Shown: positions 18,870 to 30,171, numbered from the stretch's first letter. The stretch: 64,000 nucleotides of DNA from an uncultured Gammaproteobacteria bacterium (GCA_963848305.1 CAWKDC010000001.1:384001-448000), one strand, 5' to 3'. A program made the numbers and translations. The notes: a model not told the origin generated them from the letters alone.

Positions 18870-19398
18870 TTATTTGGCCTCATATGCAATCACAACACGG
18901 CGATTGTAGCGCCATGCAGATTCGTCATGCCCTTGGACTGAGGGCTTCTCTTTACCATAGCTCACAACAGCGATTTGTGAAGGACTGGCACCGTCAGAAA
19001 CGAGCATTGCTTCTACAGATTTCGCACGACGTTCACCCAAGGCAACGTTGTATTCACTGCTGCCGCGTTCGTCCGTGTGACCTTCCAAACGTACTTTAGC
19101 ATTGGGGTTGCTTCTCAAGTAGTTAGCATGTGCTTGGATTGCACCATCGTAGTTTGAATTCACGGTGCTTGAATCCAGGTCAAAGTAGAATACTTGGCGT
19201 TGCAAGAGTTGCTCTTCACTCATGCCTGCCAAATCTTCACCCCAATAAGACCCTTCGCCGGCCCCTGTTGTGATGGCTGATGCATCTTCATCCATGGCGG
19301 GACCCGCCACTGCGGTTTGTGCCTTTGTTTGAACAAGCCACCAACAATACTGCGGACAACAACACCACAGCCCATTTACCCATTTGCTTCAATGACAT
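18870..19398 (-). CDS. pal: Peptidoglycan-associated lipoprotein Pal (apparent frameshift ~19322-19328)
   Basis: EGHTDERGSSEYNVALGERRA. The signal peptide MSLKQMGKWAVVLLSAVLLVAC lies in another frame from ATG 19398, after AAGGAG. Confidence 0.92.
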
Positions 19399-19419
19399 TC
19401 TATGCTCCTTTACTGATAA

Positions 19420-20709
19420 TTAACGTGTTCCCCAAGCCGGATCTTGCACTTCCCCATCTTGAACGGGTATGAGCAAGCGCACACGACCATCCACCGAGCA
19501 GGCACTCAGCACGCGTTTGTTGCCAACGAGCGTGCTATAAATAACCATGCGATCATTGGGTGACAGCGATGGCGACTGATCGAGCTTGGTCTGTGTTAAA
19601 ACCAACATATGTTTGGTTTTCAAATCTTGAATCGCGATTTGATACATCCCATTTTCACGGTGTACCACCACGAGTGAACGCCCATCAGACGTTGGAATTC
19701 CCCGTGCATTATAATCGCCCTCAAACGTGATCCGCTCAATGTCTCGGCTGGCTAAATTAATGCGATAAATTTGCGCCCCGCCTCCACGATTGGAAGTGTA
19801 ATACAAAGAACGGCCGTCAGGTGAAAAACGTGGCTCTGTATCCATCGATGAACCTGTGGTTATTTGCTCAAGCGCACCCGTTGCCAAGGTCAGGAGGTAA
19901 ATTTTAGGTACTTTTTGGTGGGATAACACGATAGCCAGTTTAGAACCATCCGGCGACCAGGCGGGAGCCCCATTGATACCCGGCTGTTTAGACACTAAAC
20001 GGCGCTGCCCTGTCGCGACATTGGAAATATAAATTTGTGCGCGCTTTTTCTCGAATGACACATAAGCAAGCTCTTTCCCATCAGGCGACCATGAGGGCGA
20101 CATGATGGGCTCACGGCTGGTGAGCAAAGGACGTGGATTAAAACCATCGCTATCAGCCACTTCCAAACGGTATTCATCTAATTTACCGTTGTGCCATTTC
20201 ACATTGACGTAGGCAATACGGGTTGAAAAAGCACCCTTATGACCTGTGAGTTTTTCATAAATGCGATCGCTGATATGGTGAGCAATGCTGCGTAACTGCG
20301 GACCTGTTACCGTGAACGCTTCTTGGAGCAAAGGTGTTTTGCTGTTGCCCGTGCCCGCAGGATACAAATCGAGCAAAGCATATTGGACACGGTAACGATC
20401 TGCGCCCACTTCGGTCACATCACCGACCACCATTGCATCCATTTTTAAACGACGCCAGTACTCAACATCAACTTCAGCCGGTGATGAAGGCTTTTGTGCC
20501 ATGTTGTTTTCTGCCAGGGGTTTGAATTCACCGCTGCGGTACAAATCTTGTGCAATCACCTCTGACACATTTGTCGCACCTTGACCGTCATGCTTAAATG
20601 GCACGACAGCCATAGGCATGGCGGCATCCATGGCGCGCGTGACTTCAATGTCGATGGCGGCATGGGCGCAGCCGAAACATAGCGTGAATAGAAAAAGCAA
20701 GTGGCGCAC
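19420..20709 (-). CDS. tolB: TolB
   Basis: [10 protein letters not shown], repeated WSPDG propeller motifs. Confidence 0.96.
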   Translation of the reverse strand: MRHLLFLFTLCFGCAHAAIDIEVTRAMDAAMPMAVVPFKHDGQGATNVSEVIAQDLYRSGEFKPLAENNMAQKPSSPAEVDVEYWRRLKMDAMVVGDVTEVGADRYRVQYALLDLYPAGTGNSKTPLLQEAFTVTGPQLRSIAHHISDRIYEKLTGHKGAFSTRIAYVNVKWHNGKLDEYRLEVADSDGFNPRPLLTSREPIMSPSWSPDGKELAYVSFEKKRAQIYISNVATGQRRLVSKQPGINGAPAWSPDGSKLAIVLSHQKVPKIYLLTLATGALEQITTGSSMDTEPRFSPDGRSLYYTSNRGGGAQIYRINLASRDIERITFEGDYNARGIPTSDGRSLVVVHRENGMYQIAIQDLKTKHMLVLTQTKLDQSPSLSPNDRMVIYSTLVGNKRVLSACSVDGRVRLLIPVQDGEVQDPAWGTR

Positions 20710-20713
20710 GGTA

Positions 20714-21595
20714 TTAACCTCCTGAAACCACGTCGTCTGGACGTAGCGTTAAATTGAGTTCACGAAAATGGGCCGACAATGCCGCCTCTTGAGGCACTGG
20801 CAAGGGCGATGCCTTGAACACGGCCGCCATGGCAGAACGATCCAGCGCGTCATTCCCACTCGACCGTTTAATCTTAACATCTAAAACGGTTCCGTTAGGG
20901 GCAACGCGCACAAATAAAAGTGTCGATGAACCTGCGGCAGGCGCACCTTGGACAAACCAATTGCGCATGATCTGTTGTTGAACCAGCATTTTGTAACGAT
21001 CCAATTCCCGCAAACTGTCGCCCGATAATGCACCGGCATCGGCAACCACGGGCATACGCTCACCTTCTAATGCTTTTGCCAGATCAGCTTGTTTCTTCGC
21101 TTTAGCAGCTTCGGCAGCAGCCATCTTTGCTTTCAGGGCTTTTTCCGCTGCGGTTTTTTGAGCAAGCTCTGTCGCACGTTTCTTTTCGGCGATTTGTGCC
21201 TTTTCAGCCGCCTTTTTCTGTGCCTGAATCTCAGCCAAACGTTTTTCTTCTGCCTTTCTTGCTTGCTCTAATTTAACCTTCTCTGCAGCCAAGCGCTTTT
21301 GTTCTTCAACAATGCGTTTTTTTTCTGCTGCCACCGCAGCGAGCGCATCCGTCTTTGCCTTTTCTTGACGAGCGACTTCCGCATCAAGCGCTTCCCCATC
21401 CACCATGGCAGCCTGTATGGGCGTAGGATTGTCTTGATTGACAACAACAGATGCGGACATAGGACGTGACGATTGTGCACTGGGAAACGCAATGCGTGCG
21501 ATAACAATGATGATCAGGGCTACATGCAGCAGCAGCGAGCGAGTGAGCGCACGCTTGAATGCAAAATCTGTGGACACCTTTTGATTAGTCTTCAT
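20714..21595 (-). CDS. tolA: TolA
   Basis: SLLLH TM motif, Ala/Lys/Glu helix, [12 protein letters not shown]-domain. Confidence 0.92.
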   Translation of the reverse strand: MKTNQKVSTDFAFKRALTRSLLLHVALIIIVIARIAFPSAQSSRPMSASVVVNQDNPTPIQAAMVDGEALDAEVARQEKAKTDALAAVAAEKKRIVEEQKRLAAEKVKLEQARKAEEKRLAEIQAQKKAAEKAQIAEKKRATELAQKTAAEKALKAKMAAAEAAKAKKQADLAKALEGERMPVVADAGALSGDSLRELDRYKMLVQQQIMRNWFVQGAPAAGSSTLLFVRVAPNGTVLDVKIKRSSGNDALDRSAMAAVFKASPLPVPQEAALSAHFRELNLTLRPDDVVSGG

Positions 21596-22022
21596 CCATG
21601 GGGCTCGTTACTAAACCAACATTAGGCACACCGGCTTCCTGCAATACGACCATGGCTGAAACCACTTGACCGTACGGCACTTGTTCATCGCCACGCACCA
21701 GCACTTGACGATCCGGATTGCGTTTCAAAGCGGCAGCGACCTGCAAGGATAAGTCTTTCGTCATTAACGGTGCTGTCGGATTGGTGGCAATGTTTAAAAA
21801 ATAATTACCCATCTTATCCACGGTGACAACCAAGGGCTCTTCTTGCTTTTTATCGATCACACTCGCGGCCGCTTGTGGCAAGTCAACTTGAACACCTTGT
21901 GTGAGCAACGGTGCTGTGATCATGAAAATGACCAGCAATACCAACATCACATCAACATACGGCACAATATTGATTTCAGACATGGGTTTGTCTTCTGTGA
22001 AGCTTTGTCTTAATAGGCTCAT
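21585..22022 (-). CDS. tolR: TolR
   Basis: EINIVPYVDVMLVLLVIFMITAP. Confidence 0.96.
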   Translation of the reverse strand: MSLLRQSFTEDKPMSEINIVPYVDVMLVLLVIFMITAPLLTQGVQVDLPQAAASVIDKKQEEPLVVTVDKMGNYFLNIATNPTAPLMTKDLSLQVAAALKRNPDRQVLVRGDEQVPYGQVVSAMVVLQEAGVPNVGLVTSPMDED

Positions 22023-22027
22023 GGTGT

Positions 22028-22720
22028 TTAGAACGCTCCCTTTTCACGTTGTAATAATTTTTTGAGCAACACGTTCAATACTTCTTCCGCGAAGGTTTGA
22101 TAACGTGCGAGCAATTGATTCACGCGGTTGGAGAAACGATTGTACGCAACCACCGCAGGAATGGCTGCAAACAACCCCATCGCCGTTGCAATCAATGCTT
22201 CTGCAATACCCGGCGCCACCATGGCTAATGTGGCTTGCTGAACAGCGCCTAATGAAATAAACGCATTCATGATACCCCAGACTGTGCCGAACAATCCGAT
22301 ATAAGGAGCCACCGATCCAATCGTTGCCAGCCAGTTCAAGTTTTTTTGCAAACGTTCCCGTTCGCGCATCAACGCAATGTGCATGGCACGTTCCATGTGC
22401 TCGCCGGCGACGTTTTTATTCAAATCTTGCTCATGAAAACGTTGAAAGTCGCGCATCCCCGCACTGAAAATGGCAGCAGCACCAAACATGGGCACACCAC
22501 GGTGACCGACCAATCGATCATAGATGTGTCGCAAATCTTTGCCGGACCAAAATTCATCTTCAAATTGAACAGACTCTACATTGCTAGAGGACAACAATCG
22601 GCGGTATTGAAAAATAAACGCCCATGAAACCACTGACAAACACATCAGCAGCACCATGATCAGTTGCACCAATAAACTGGCGTCAGCAAATAAGCGCCAT
22701 AAAGATAATTCTGCGGACAT
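22028..22720 (-). CDS. tolQ: TolQ
   Basis: PYIGLFGTVWGIM, APGIAEALIATAMGL. Confidence 0.96.
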   Translation of the reverse strand: MSAELSLWRLFADASLLVQLIMVLLMCLSVVSWAFIFQYRRLLSSSNVESVQFEDEFWSGKDLRHIYDRLVGHRGVPMFGAAAIFSAGMRDFQRFHEQDLNKNVAGEHMERAMHIALMRERERLQKNLNWLATIGSVAPYIGLFGTVWGIMNAFISLGAVQQATLAMVAPGIAEALIATAMGLFAAIPAVVAYNRFSNRVNQLLARYQTFAEEVLNVLLKKLLQREKGAF

Positions 22721-22735
22721 ACCGTTCCTCTCCCT

Positions 22736-23740
22736 TTAAGCCTTCACGGCCAAACCAAAATGTTGATACGCTAAAGTACTTGCTACCCTGCCCCTCGGGC
22801 TACGGTGCATATACCCTTCTTGAATTAAATAGGGCTCAATCACATCTTCTATCGTATCGCGTGATTCTCCGATAGCCGCGGCCAAACTGTCAAGCCCCAC
22901 CGGCCCACCATCAAACTTTTCGATCAAGGTTTTCAGCAATTTGCGATCCATGATGTCAAAGCCGCGATGATCAACTTCTAGCATTTCCAACGCTGCTTGT
23001 GCGACACCATCGGTGATAAACCCATCCCCTTTGACTTCTGCAAAATCACGCACCCGACGCAATAAACGGTTCACGATCCGCGGCGTGCCTCGGGCACGTT
23101 TGGCGATCTCTTGCGCGCCTTGCTCATCAATGGGAACCCCTAGAATATTAGCTGATCGAGTGACAATTTGTGTCAATTCATCAATCCCGTAAAACTCCAA
23201 ACGATGGACAATCCCAAAGCGATCCCTCAGCGGTGATGTTAACATACCTGCGCGTGTTGTAGCACCAACCAACGTAAATGGAGGCAGCTCAAGCTTGATG
23301 GAACGGGCAGAAGGCCCCTCGCCTATCATGATGTCCAGCGCAAAATCTTCCATCGCGGGATATAAGATTTCTTCGATCACGGGACTGAGGCGGTGAATTT
23401 CATCAATGAATAGCACATCTTTGGGTTGGAGATTGGTTAACAGGGCAGCCAAATCGCCCGCCCGCTCGAGCACAGGACCAGACGTCGTTTTAAGATTCAC
23501 CCCCAATTCATTCGCGATGATATTGGCCAAGGTTGTTTTGCCTAAGCCAGGAGGCCGATAAAAAAGTGTATGATCGAGGGCTTCTGCGCGTCCTTTCGCA
23601 GCATGGATGAATATATCCATTTGCGCGCGTACCGGTGCCTGGCCGATATAATCACACAAGGTTTTCGGGCGAATGGCGCGTTCGACAAGATCGTCCCCTG
23701 GCAAGGGATCTTGAGAAATCAGTCTGTCTTCTTCAATCAT
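22736..23740 (-). CDS. ruvB: Holliday junction helicase RuvB
   Basis: [29 protein letters not shown]. Confidence 0.97.
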   Translation of the reverse strand: MIEEDRLISQDPLPGDDLVERAIRPKTLCDYIGQAPVRAQMDIFIHAAKGRAEALDHTLFYRPPGLGKTTLANIIANELGVNLKTTSGPVLERAGDLAALLTNLQPKDVLFIDEIHRLSPVIEEILYPAMEDFALDIMIGEGPSARSIKLELPPFTLVGATTRAGMLTSPLRDRFGIVHRLEFYGIDELTQIVTRSANILGVPIDEQGAQEIAKRARGTPRIVNRLLRRVRDFAEVKGDGFITDGVAQAALEMLEVDHRGFDIMDRKLLKTLIEKFDGGPVGLDSLAAAIGESRDTIEDVIEPYLIQEGYMHRSPRGRVASTLAYQHFGLAVKA

Positions 23741-23743
23741 GCG

Positions 23744-24331
23744 TTAAGCTCCTTGCCGCAGGGCTGATCGGATCAAATCTTGAGCGCTCAAATCTTGAGG
23801 GCACTGATCCAACATTCTTTTAGCCTCCCCAGGTTTATAGCCCAAAGACAACAAAGCTTCCATCGCTTCATCCAGCTGGCTTTGTTTGTGAGGCGTTGAC
23901 ACCACCGCAACAGCATCCAACCCGTCGAAGCGGCTGACCTTGTCTTTCATTTCCACCACTAACCGTTGCGCCATTTTAGGCCCGACACCGGGAAGTTTCA
24001 CGAGGGCGGTGATGTTTTCATCCGCAATCGTTCGTAATAACTGAGCGGATTCCATGCCAGAGAGTAAGGTTAAACCCAGTTTAGGGCCGACCCCATTTAC
24101 TTTGATCAATTCACGGAATAAGGCGCGATCTTGTTCGGTGAGAAAGCCATACAAAGATTGGCCATCCTCTCGAATGCTGTGGTGTGTGAACAGAAACACA
24201 GGCTCGTGCACCGCGGGCAGCGCAAAAAATGTCCCCATGGGCACCAAGACTTCATAACCGACGCCGTTCACATCAATGCTGATGACGGGTGGTTTTTTAT
24301 GGGCGAGAGTACCTTTCAAAAAAGTGATCAT
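23744..24331 (-). CDS. ruvA: Holliday junction DNA-binding RuvA
   Basis: GVGYEV, HhH motifs GVGPK, ALLSLGY. Confidence 0.96.
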   Translation of the reverse strand: MITFLKGTLAHKKPPVISIDVNGVGYEVLVPMGTFFALPAVHEPVFLFTHHSIREDGQSLYGFLTEQDRALFRELIKVNGVGPKLGLTLLSGMESAQLLRTIADENITALVKLPGVGPKMAQRLVVEMKDKVSRFDGLDAVAVVSTPHKQSQLDEAMEALLSLGYKPGEAKRMLDQCPQDLSAQDLIRSALRQGA

Positions 24332-24432
24332 TAAGTTGCTTGCTCCCTGTGCAGAATCGTCGCATATGCAAAGCGTATCACAAGTTGAGCATAAAATTTC
24401 TTTTCTTATCGTGCTGTGCTAATCTCTTTCGT

Positions 24433-24912
24433 ATGCGCACCATTCTCGGGATAGATCCAGGTTCTCGCGTCACTGGTTTCGGTGTGATCAGTGTCGAGCA
24501 GGGAAAGCCTCGTTATGTGACCAGCGGCGTAGTGGCTGCCTCTGGCGATGATTTTCCTGAACGCTTGCGCATGATCTTTTCTGGCCTTCAAACATTGATT
24601 CAAACCTATCAACCTACAGAGCTTGCCATAGAATCCGTGTTCATGCATGAAAATGCAGGCACTGCGATTAAATTAGGCCAAGCGCGTGGTGCTGCGATCG
24701 CGGCTACATTTACGCATGATATTAAAGTATATGAATATTCTGCACGGCAAATCAAACAGGCGATTGTGGGATATGGGAACGCGTCTAAAGAGCAAGTCTC
24801 GACCATGATTTGCCGACTGCTCAATGTACAAGGCGCACCACGACAAGATGCAACGGATGCGCTGGCGTGTGCGTATTGTCACTTTAATTCGCTACGTGTC
24901 ATCCTGGAATAA
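24433..24912 (+). CDS. ruvC: Crossover junction endodeoxyribonuclease RuvC
   Basis: ILGIDPGS, LGQARGAA, KQAIVGYG, DATDALA. ATG at 24433. Confidence 0.96.
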   Translation: MRTILGIDPGSRVTGFGVISVEQGKPRYVTSGVVAASGDDFPERLRMIFSGLQTLIQTYQPTELAIESVFMHENAGTAIKLGQARGAAIAATFTHDIKVYEYSARQIKQAIVGYGNASKEQVSTMICRLLNVQGAPRQDATDALACAYCHFNSLRVILE

Positions 24913-24973
24913 AAGTCTGAGAACATGCGCGTTTATATCTGGGGCTCTGTTGCGATTTATCATTGAGGGTCAA

Positions 24974-25105
24974 TGGATCCCGGATAATTTTGCTACGCAA
25001 AATTTCCGGGATGACGAGACTGGGAGGGGGCGCCTTTTGTTTTCGTCATCCCGGGCGCCTTTTGTTTTCGTCATCCCGGGCGCGCATAGCGCGACCCGGA
25101 ATCCA
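24974..25105. repeat. Cluster of CGTCATCCCGG-type palindromic repeats with a 25 bp tandem duplication
   Basis: ggatcccgga..tccgggatgacg followed by two gggcgccttttgttttcgtcatccc copies and gacccggaatcca. Related pieces at ~38998 and ~40520. Confidence 0.8.
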
Positions 25106-25846
25106 TCAGGAAGTATAAGCCTCCTGCGGTATCTCCGCATTCGTGTATACATTCTGCACATCATCTAAATCTTCGAGCATGTCGATCATTTTTAACACGC
25201 GGATACCGTCTTCAACACTGACAGGCACTGCCAATTCAGCCGAAAAAGTGACTTCAGCATGTTCTGCTTTCAAGCCAGCGGATTCAAAAGCTTTTTTCAC
25301 CGCTTCAAATGTTTCAGGCGTGGTCACCACTTCAAAACTGCCGTCTTCGCTCACTTTCACGTCGGATGCACCAGCGTCCAAAGCGATTTCCATGATTTGA
25401 TCTTCTGAGTATTCCGCTGAAAAAATCAACTCGCCTCTGTGATTAAATAAATAAGCCACAGAACCATCAGTGCCTAAGTTACCCCCAAATTTTGTGAACG
25501 CATGACGAACATCAGACGCGGTACGGTTGCGGTTGTCTGTCATGGTATCCACGATAACAGCCACGCCACCGGGTGCATACCCTTCATAGCGCAATTCGGC
25601 GAGATCACCGCCCTCCTGGGGCCCCGAGCCGCGTTTGATAGCACGAGCGATCACGTCTTTCGTCATGTTCGCGTTCAAGGCTTTGTCTATGGCCAAGCGT
25701 AAACGAGGATTGGTGAGGGGATCTTCGCCGCCCATACGGGATGCGATGGTGATTTCACGAATGAATTTCGTGAATAGTTTGCCGCGTTTCGCGTCTTGCG
25801 CGTTTTTGCGGTGTTGGATGTTGGCCCATTTACTATGACCCGCCAT
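25106..25846 (-). CDS. yebC: YebC/PmpR family protein
   Basis: MAGHSKWANI, YEGYAPGG, TDNRNRT, DDVQNVY. Confidence 0.97.
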   Translation of the reverse strand: MAGHSKWANIQHRKNAQDAKRGKLFTKFIREITIASRMGGEDPLTNPRLRLAIDKALNANMTKDVIARAIKRGSGPQEGGDLAELRYEGYAPGGVAVIVDTMTDNRNRTASDVRHAFTKFGGNLGTDGSVAYLFNHRGELIFSAEYSEDQIMEIALDAGASDVKVSEDGSFEVVTTPETFEAVKKAFESAGLKAEHAEVTFSAELAVPVSVEDGIRVLKMIDMLEDLDDVQNVYTNAEIPQEAYTS

Positions 25847-26021
25847 GTATATTCTCCCCTTGTAGATAGGGACGGCTCTTATTAACTGATCTCGCGCAAA
25901 AAACCCCGTCTAAATGCTCACATATTGGTATATATGCTCCGCTTTCACCTCTGTTTTTTGCAGGCAGCTCATCTCAATAAAGCCGTCCGCCGTGTTTATC
26001 AATGTGATAGCTGTTCTATCA

Positions 26022-27795
26022 TTATCTCACCTTCACGCCCAATTCTTTCAGCTGAGCGTCGTCGACAGGCGCAGGCGCATGCGTCAATGGGCAATAAGCC
26101 GTTTGGGTTTTGGGGAAGGCGATGACATCACGGATCGACTGGCCGCCGACCATCAACATCACCAAACGATCCAAGCCAAACGCCAAGCCGCCATGGGGTG
26201 GGCAACCTGATTTTAAACCACGCAATAAATGATGGAAGCGAGCATTCGCTTCATCAATCCCCATAGACAATAATTCAAACACGGCGTATTGCATCTCAGG
26301 CTCATGAATACGGATAGAACCGCCGCCCATTTCAAAACCATTTAACACCATGTCGTAGGCACGAGATAATGCATCTCCGGGGGATTTTTTCAATGACTCG
26401 GGCGTCACGTCTTTTGGTGCAGTGAATGGATGATGCAAGGGATCCCACGAGCCCGTTTTGGGGTCTTGCTCGAACATGGGGAATTCCACCACCCATAAAG
26501 GATGGAACCCTTCTTTCATCAACCCTTTATCGTGCGCCAATTTTTGACGCAAGGCGCCAAGTGCATCAGACACAATTTTCGCTGTGTCTGCACCAAAGAA
26601 CAAGACATCGCCATTTTGCGCATGCGACCGTTCCAAAATGGTTTTCACGACGGATTCAGGTAAGAATTTCAGAATGGGTGATTGCAAACCAGCTACGCCG
26701 TCTTCTATCGCATTCACCTTGATATACGCCAAACCTTTTGCGCCGAATTGTGCAACAAATTGCGTGTAGTCGTCGATTTCTTTACGGCTTAAATCGCATG
26801 CAGGCAAGCGCAACACGGTCACGCGCCCTTTGGGATCGTGTGCAGGGCCAGGAAAATACTTTAAAGTCCACGTCTTTCATCAAGTCTTTGACATCAACCA
26901 ACTCGAGTGGATTGCGCAGATCAGGCTTGTCGCTGCCGAAGCGGCGCATGGCTTCTTCATATGTCATGCGGGGGAAGGGATCCGGCAAATCGACATCAAT
27001 CACTTTTTTGAATAATTGACGGATCATGCGTTCCATCATCACCATGATTTCTTCTTCATTCATGAAGCTGGTTTCAATATCAACCTGAGTGAATTCAGGT
27101 TGACGATCCGCACGTAAATCTTCATCGCGGAAGCAGCGCACGATTTGATAGTAACGATCAAAACCGGCCATCATCAACAATTGTTTGAAAATCTGCGGAG
27201 ACTGCGGCAACGCGAAAAAAGAACCAGGATGTGTGCGGCTCGGTACTAAGTAATCGCGTGCGCCTTCTGGTGTGGCACGGGTCAGCACGGGTGTTTCGAC
27301 ATCGATAAAGCCTTCAGCATTTAAAAATTCACGCAAACATTCTGCGACACGGTGACGCAGCTTGAATTTTTCAATCATTTCAGGGCGACGCAAGTCAATG
27401 TAGCGGTATTCCAAGCGCACTTCTTCACTGATTTTAGAAAACCCATCTAATGGAAATGGTGGCGTTTCAGCGGTGTTGAACACTTTCAGCTGTGTGGTGA
27501 CCAGCTCCACTTCGCCGGTGGGGAGATTTGCATTCACCGTACCTTCAGGTCGTGCATTGACAACACCGGTGACCTGGATCACGTATTCACTGCGGAGTTT
27601 TTCGGCTTGTTGAAATAAGGCAGCGTCTTCGGGACGAAAAACCACTTGCAGCAACCCTTCGCGATCGCGCAAGTCGACAAATATCACGCCACCGTGGTCG
27701 CGACGGCGGTGCACCCAGCCGCAGACAGTCACGGTTTGACCTAACAGCGCACGGGTGACGTGGCCGCAATAATGTGTTCGCATAGACGTTTTCAT
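26022..27795 (-). CDS. aspS: Aspartate--tRNA ligase (apparent +1 insertion ~26850)
   Basis: [32 protein letters not shown], then HHPFT and [12 protein letters not shown] in the next frame. Removing one base gives [15 protein letters not shown]. Confidence 0.95.
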
Positions 27796-27844
27796 GGATG
27801 TACTCTTGTTAACGACAAAGAGCGCCATTATATCAGGATTTTTT

Positions 27845-28114
27845 CTATCTGATCACACGAAAATCATCAAAAGGGCCGAGTTGACTGGGCGACTTGATCA
27901 CGCCGGTGACATCCGATCCTAAGGAGCCTTCCCACAGCCATTCTTCGAAGACAGTCAATGATTCAGGGGCACCACACGCCACCACAAATACAGTACCATC
28001 CATTTCATTGCGTGCAAAACCGGTCAGCCCCAGTTCTTCGGCCTTTTTCTGTGCTGCTGCGCGGTAAAAAACGCCTTGAACGTGGCCTTTTATTTTAAAA
28101 GATAGGCATTGCAT
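27845..28114 (-). CDS. acyP: Acylphosphatase
   Basis: [18 protein letters not shown]. Confidence 0.9.
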   Translation of the reverse strand: MQCLSFKIKGHVQGVFYRAAAQKKAEELGLTGFARNEMDGTVFVVACGAPESLTVFEEWLWEGSLGSDVTGVIKSPSQLGPFDDFRVIR

Positions 28115-28184
28115 GCAACAAGCTCCCTTGTGTTTCAACCTATTATGGTTTATTGTTGAAAAAGATTTTACACAGGAAGTATAG

Positions 28185-28261
28185 TATACCTCTCGTACCT
28201 GAAGATGCGAGAGGTCTGCACGAGGCAGCCAGGATTCGCATCTTCAGGTACGAGAGGTAAA
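28185..28261. mobile_element. Short ERIC-like MITE or long hairpin
   Basis: Perfect 24 bp inverted repeat (28187-28210 and 28236-28259) starting TATACC, as in ERIC-type elements. Confidence 0.55.
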
Positions 28262-28263
28262 GA

Positions 28264-28888
28264 GTGTCCCACGACATTTTGGTATTGTACTATTCGGAGC
28301 TGGGAGGAGACCGAAAGCTTGGCCGAAGCTGTGGCCTCGGGCATCGAAAGTGTGCCTGGGGTTTCTGCGCGGATCAGGACGGTGCCGGAGGTATGTGCGG
28401 TGAATGGAATGGCGCCTACGGCGCATGGGCGGGAGTACCCGCCCCTACACAGTCCAGTGTATGCAACCCATGAAGATCTAGACGAATGCATCGGTTTAGC
28501 CCTGGGTAGCCCTACCCGTTTTGGCAATATGGCCGCGCCACTGAAATATTTCTTAGATACCACCAGCGGCCCCTGGACGAGTGGCGCCCTTTCCGGCAAA
28601 CCTGCCTGTGTGTTCACAACAGCCGCCAGCCAACATGCTGGGCACGAATCTACCTTATTAACCATGATGGTTCCTCTGCTGCACCATGGCATGATCATCG
28701 TCGGATGCCCCTATACCGAACCTGCTCTCAATAAAACCACCACCGGCGGGACGCCCTATGGGCCATCACACTTTTCTGGAGGGCAAAGCAATTTGCCGTT
28801 ATCTGCAGATGAAACAGCGATTGCGTTTGCTGTTGGAAAACGCCTCGCTCAAATAGCGCTTGCGCTACTTGAGCAACGGGAAACTTAA
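28264..28888 (+). CDS. wrbA: NAD(P)H:quinone oxidoreductase WrbA (apparent frameshift ~28305-28310)
   Basis: MSHDILVLYYS from GTG 28264, then LAEAVASG, GSPTRFGNMA, HAGHESTL and GGTPYG in another frame. Confidence 0.92.
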
Positions 28889-28946
28889 GCTATACTGTGT
28901 ATTGAGCAATACCCGCCTTTTTAACTTTTATCCTCGAGGAGAGATC

Positions 28947-29219
28947 ATGAAACAATCTACATTATTAACCGTTGCTGCTGGTTTGGCATTATCTGTTGTT
29001 TTGCTGCAAGGCTGCAAAGGTTCACATGAACAACCCGCTAACAGCATGGACAACAACAGCATGATGTCCGCTCCTGCAGCAGCACCTGCTGCACCTGCTG
29101 CACCTGCGGCTGCCCCAGCGGCTCCTGCTGCCCCAGCATCTGATGCCGTTCCACCCCAAAGCTTCGAGCAAAATGATGGAGCTGTTCAAGTTCAGGATGC
29201 TCAACACGCTCAGCAATAA
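28947..29219 (+). CDS. Small Ala/Pro-rich lipoprotein
   Basis: GAGGAG RBS, lipobox LQGC, APAA repeats. Confidence 0.75.
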   Translation: MKQSTLLTVAAGLALSVVLLQGCKGSHEQPANSMDNNSMMSAPAAAPAAPAAPAAAPAAPAAPASDAVPPQSFEQNDGAVQVQDAQHAQQ

Positions 29220-29241
29220 GCGTTTTACGTCTGTTCTGAGG

Positions 29242-29270
29242 AAAAGCGGGGTTCTACCCCGCTTTTTTTT
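29242..29270 (+). terminator. Intrinsic terminator (possibly bidirectional)
   Basis: aaaagcgggg-ttcta-ccccgctttttttt. Confidence 0.85.
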
Positions 29271-29292
29271 ACGCTATTTTTCATCCCCCCTC

Positions 29293-29322
29293 TTGACATA
29301 ACCTATCACCATTCTTTAGAAT
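29293..29322 (+). promoter_or_regulatory. Sigma70 promoter TTGACA-18-TAGAAT
   Basis: Near-consensus hexamers just upstream of the 29347 ORF. Confidence 0.6.
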
Positions 29323-29346
29323 GGGAGTTACTTTTGGGCAACAAAT

Positions 29347-30064
29347 TTGGAGAGAATGATGAGAACGACGAAAGAAACTGCTGATGCAACAGCCTACCAT
29401 TTATTCTCTGAAGATCGGAAGCAGACAGTGACAGCGGGTGTGAAATCAGCTGTAGCGTATGCGACTCCTGTTTTTCAAGGCTTGGTCTGTGCAGGCTTTT
29501 TGGCCGCCTCAGGACTGATTATCGCTGAAATCCTTGATAAAGGCGTCAATGCTGATTACAACTATCTGGGTGGCGACGACTATATCGTTGCGAGCTTAGC
29601 AGCCATTGCAGGTATCGCCCTGTTGGCCAGAGTTATTATTGACGTCAAAGGTCACAGCAAAATCACTAACTCTACTCTCGACCAACGTGTCTATCGCTAT
29701 GGCTATAATGCTGCTATGGCAGCTATCAGTACATTGGGTGTGTATGGCGTAGCGGTTGGCCTCTCCACCCTGTTCATGCCTGAAACAGGTCACTTTGGGC
29801 ACCCCAACTGACCACATGGAAAAAATGTCTCACATGGGCTTCACCGACGCTTATGACAATGTCGATGTCGCTGTCTACTTTGCGGTATTTGGCGCCATGG
29901 CAGCTATCGGGGCGTATCTATTGGGAAGCTATGTGCCCGGCAGATATAAGCGGGCTGCTATCCCTAAAAGTGATGTGGCAACCCGTGCCGAATCTTTTGA
30001 TAGTACCTCTCTCCTCCAACATAACAGCAGTTCTAGCAGTTCTAGCAGTCCAGGAAGCCGCTAA
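29347..30064 (+). CDS. Unknown 4-TM membrane protein (apparent frameshift ~29800); paralog of 30239-30955
   Basis: LGGDDYIVASL vs LGNDDPIVGTL, NAAMAAISTLGVYG vs DAAMATLLALAVYG, PTD conserved across the frame change. Confidence 0.65.
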
Positions 30065-30171
30065 CTGTTTCGTTAGATAAGCGCAACGGCTGTGAAAGGG
30101 CGAATTGTGCCGAAAGGCCAGTTCGCCTTTTTCCGTGAACATTGGGAGCAGACGAGAAAATCGCGCAGCGG

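Noticed and set aside
26022-27795. Pseudogenes or programmed frameshifting in aspS, nrdB, trxB, pal, mrp, wrbA, cspD
   Set aside because: These are essential or conserved genes with single lesions, no slippery heptamers and a shared GGNCC context, so sequencing error is more likely.
28187-28259. SRP (4.5S) RNA or 6S RNA
   Set aside because: No CAGG..GGAA..AGCAG SRP core in the right geometry, and too short for 6S; it fits a MITE-like hairpin better.
30095-30133. c-di-GMP-I riboswitch (GGCGAA..GAAA hairpin)
   Set aside because: It lacks the GACGCAAA junction and second stem and folds as one closed hairpin followed by T's, so it is more likely a terminator.
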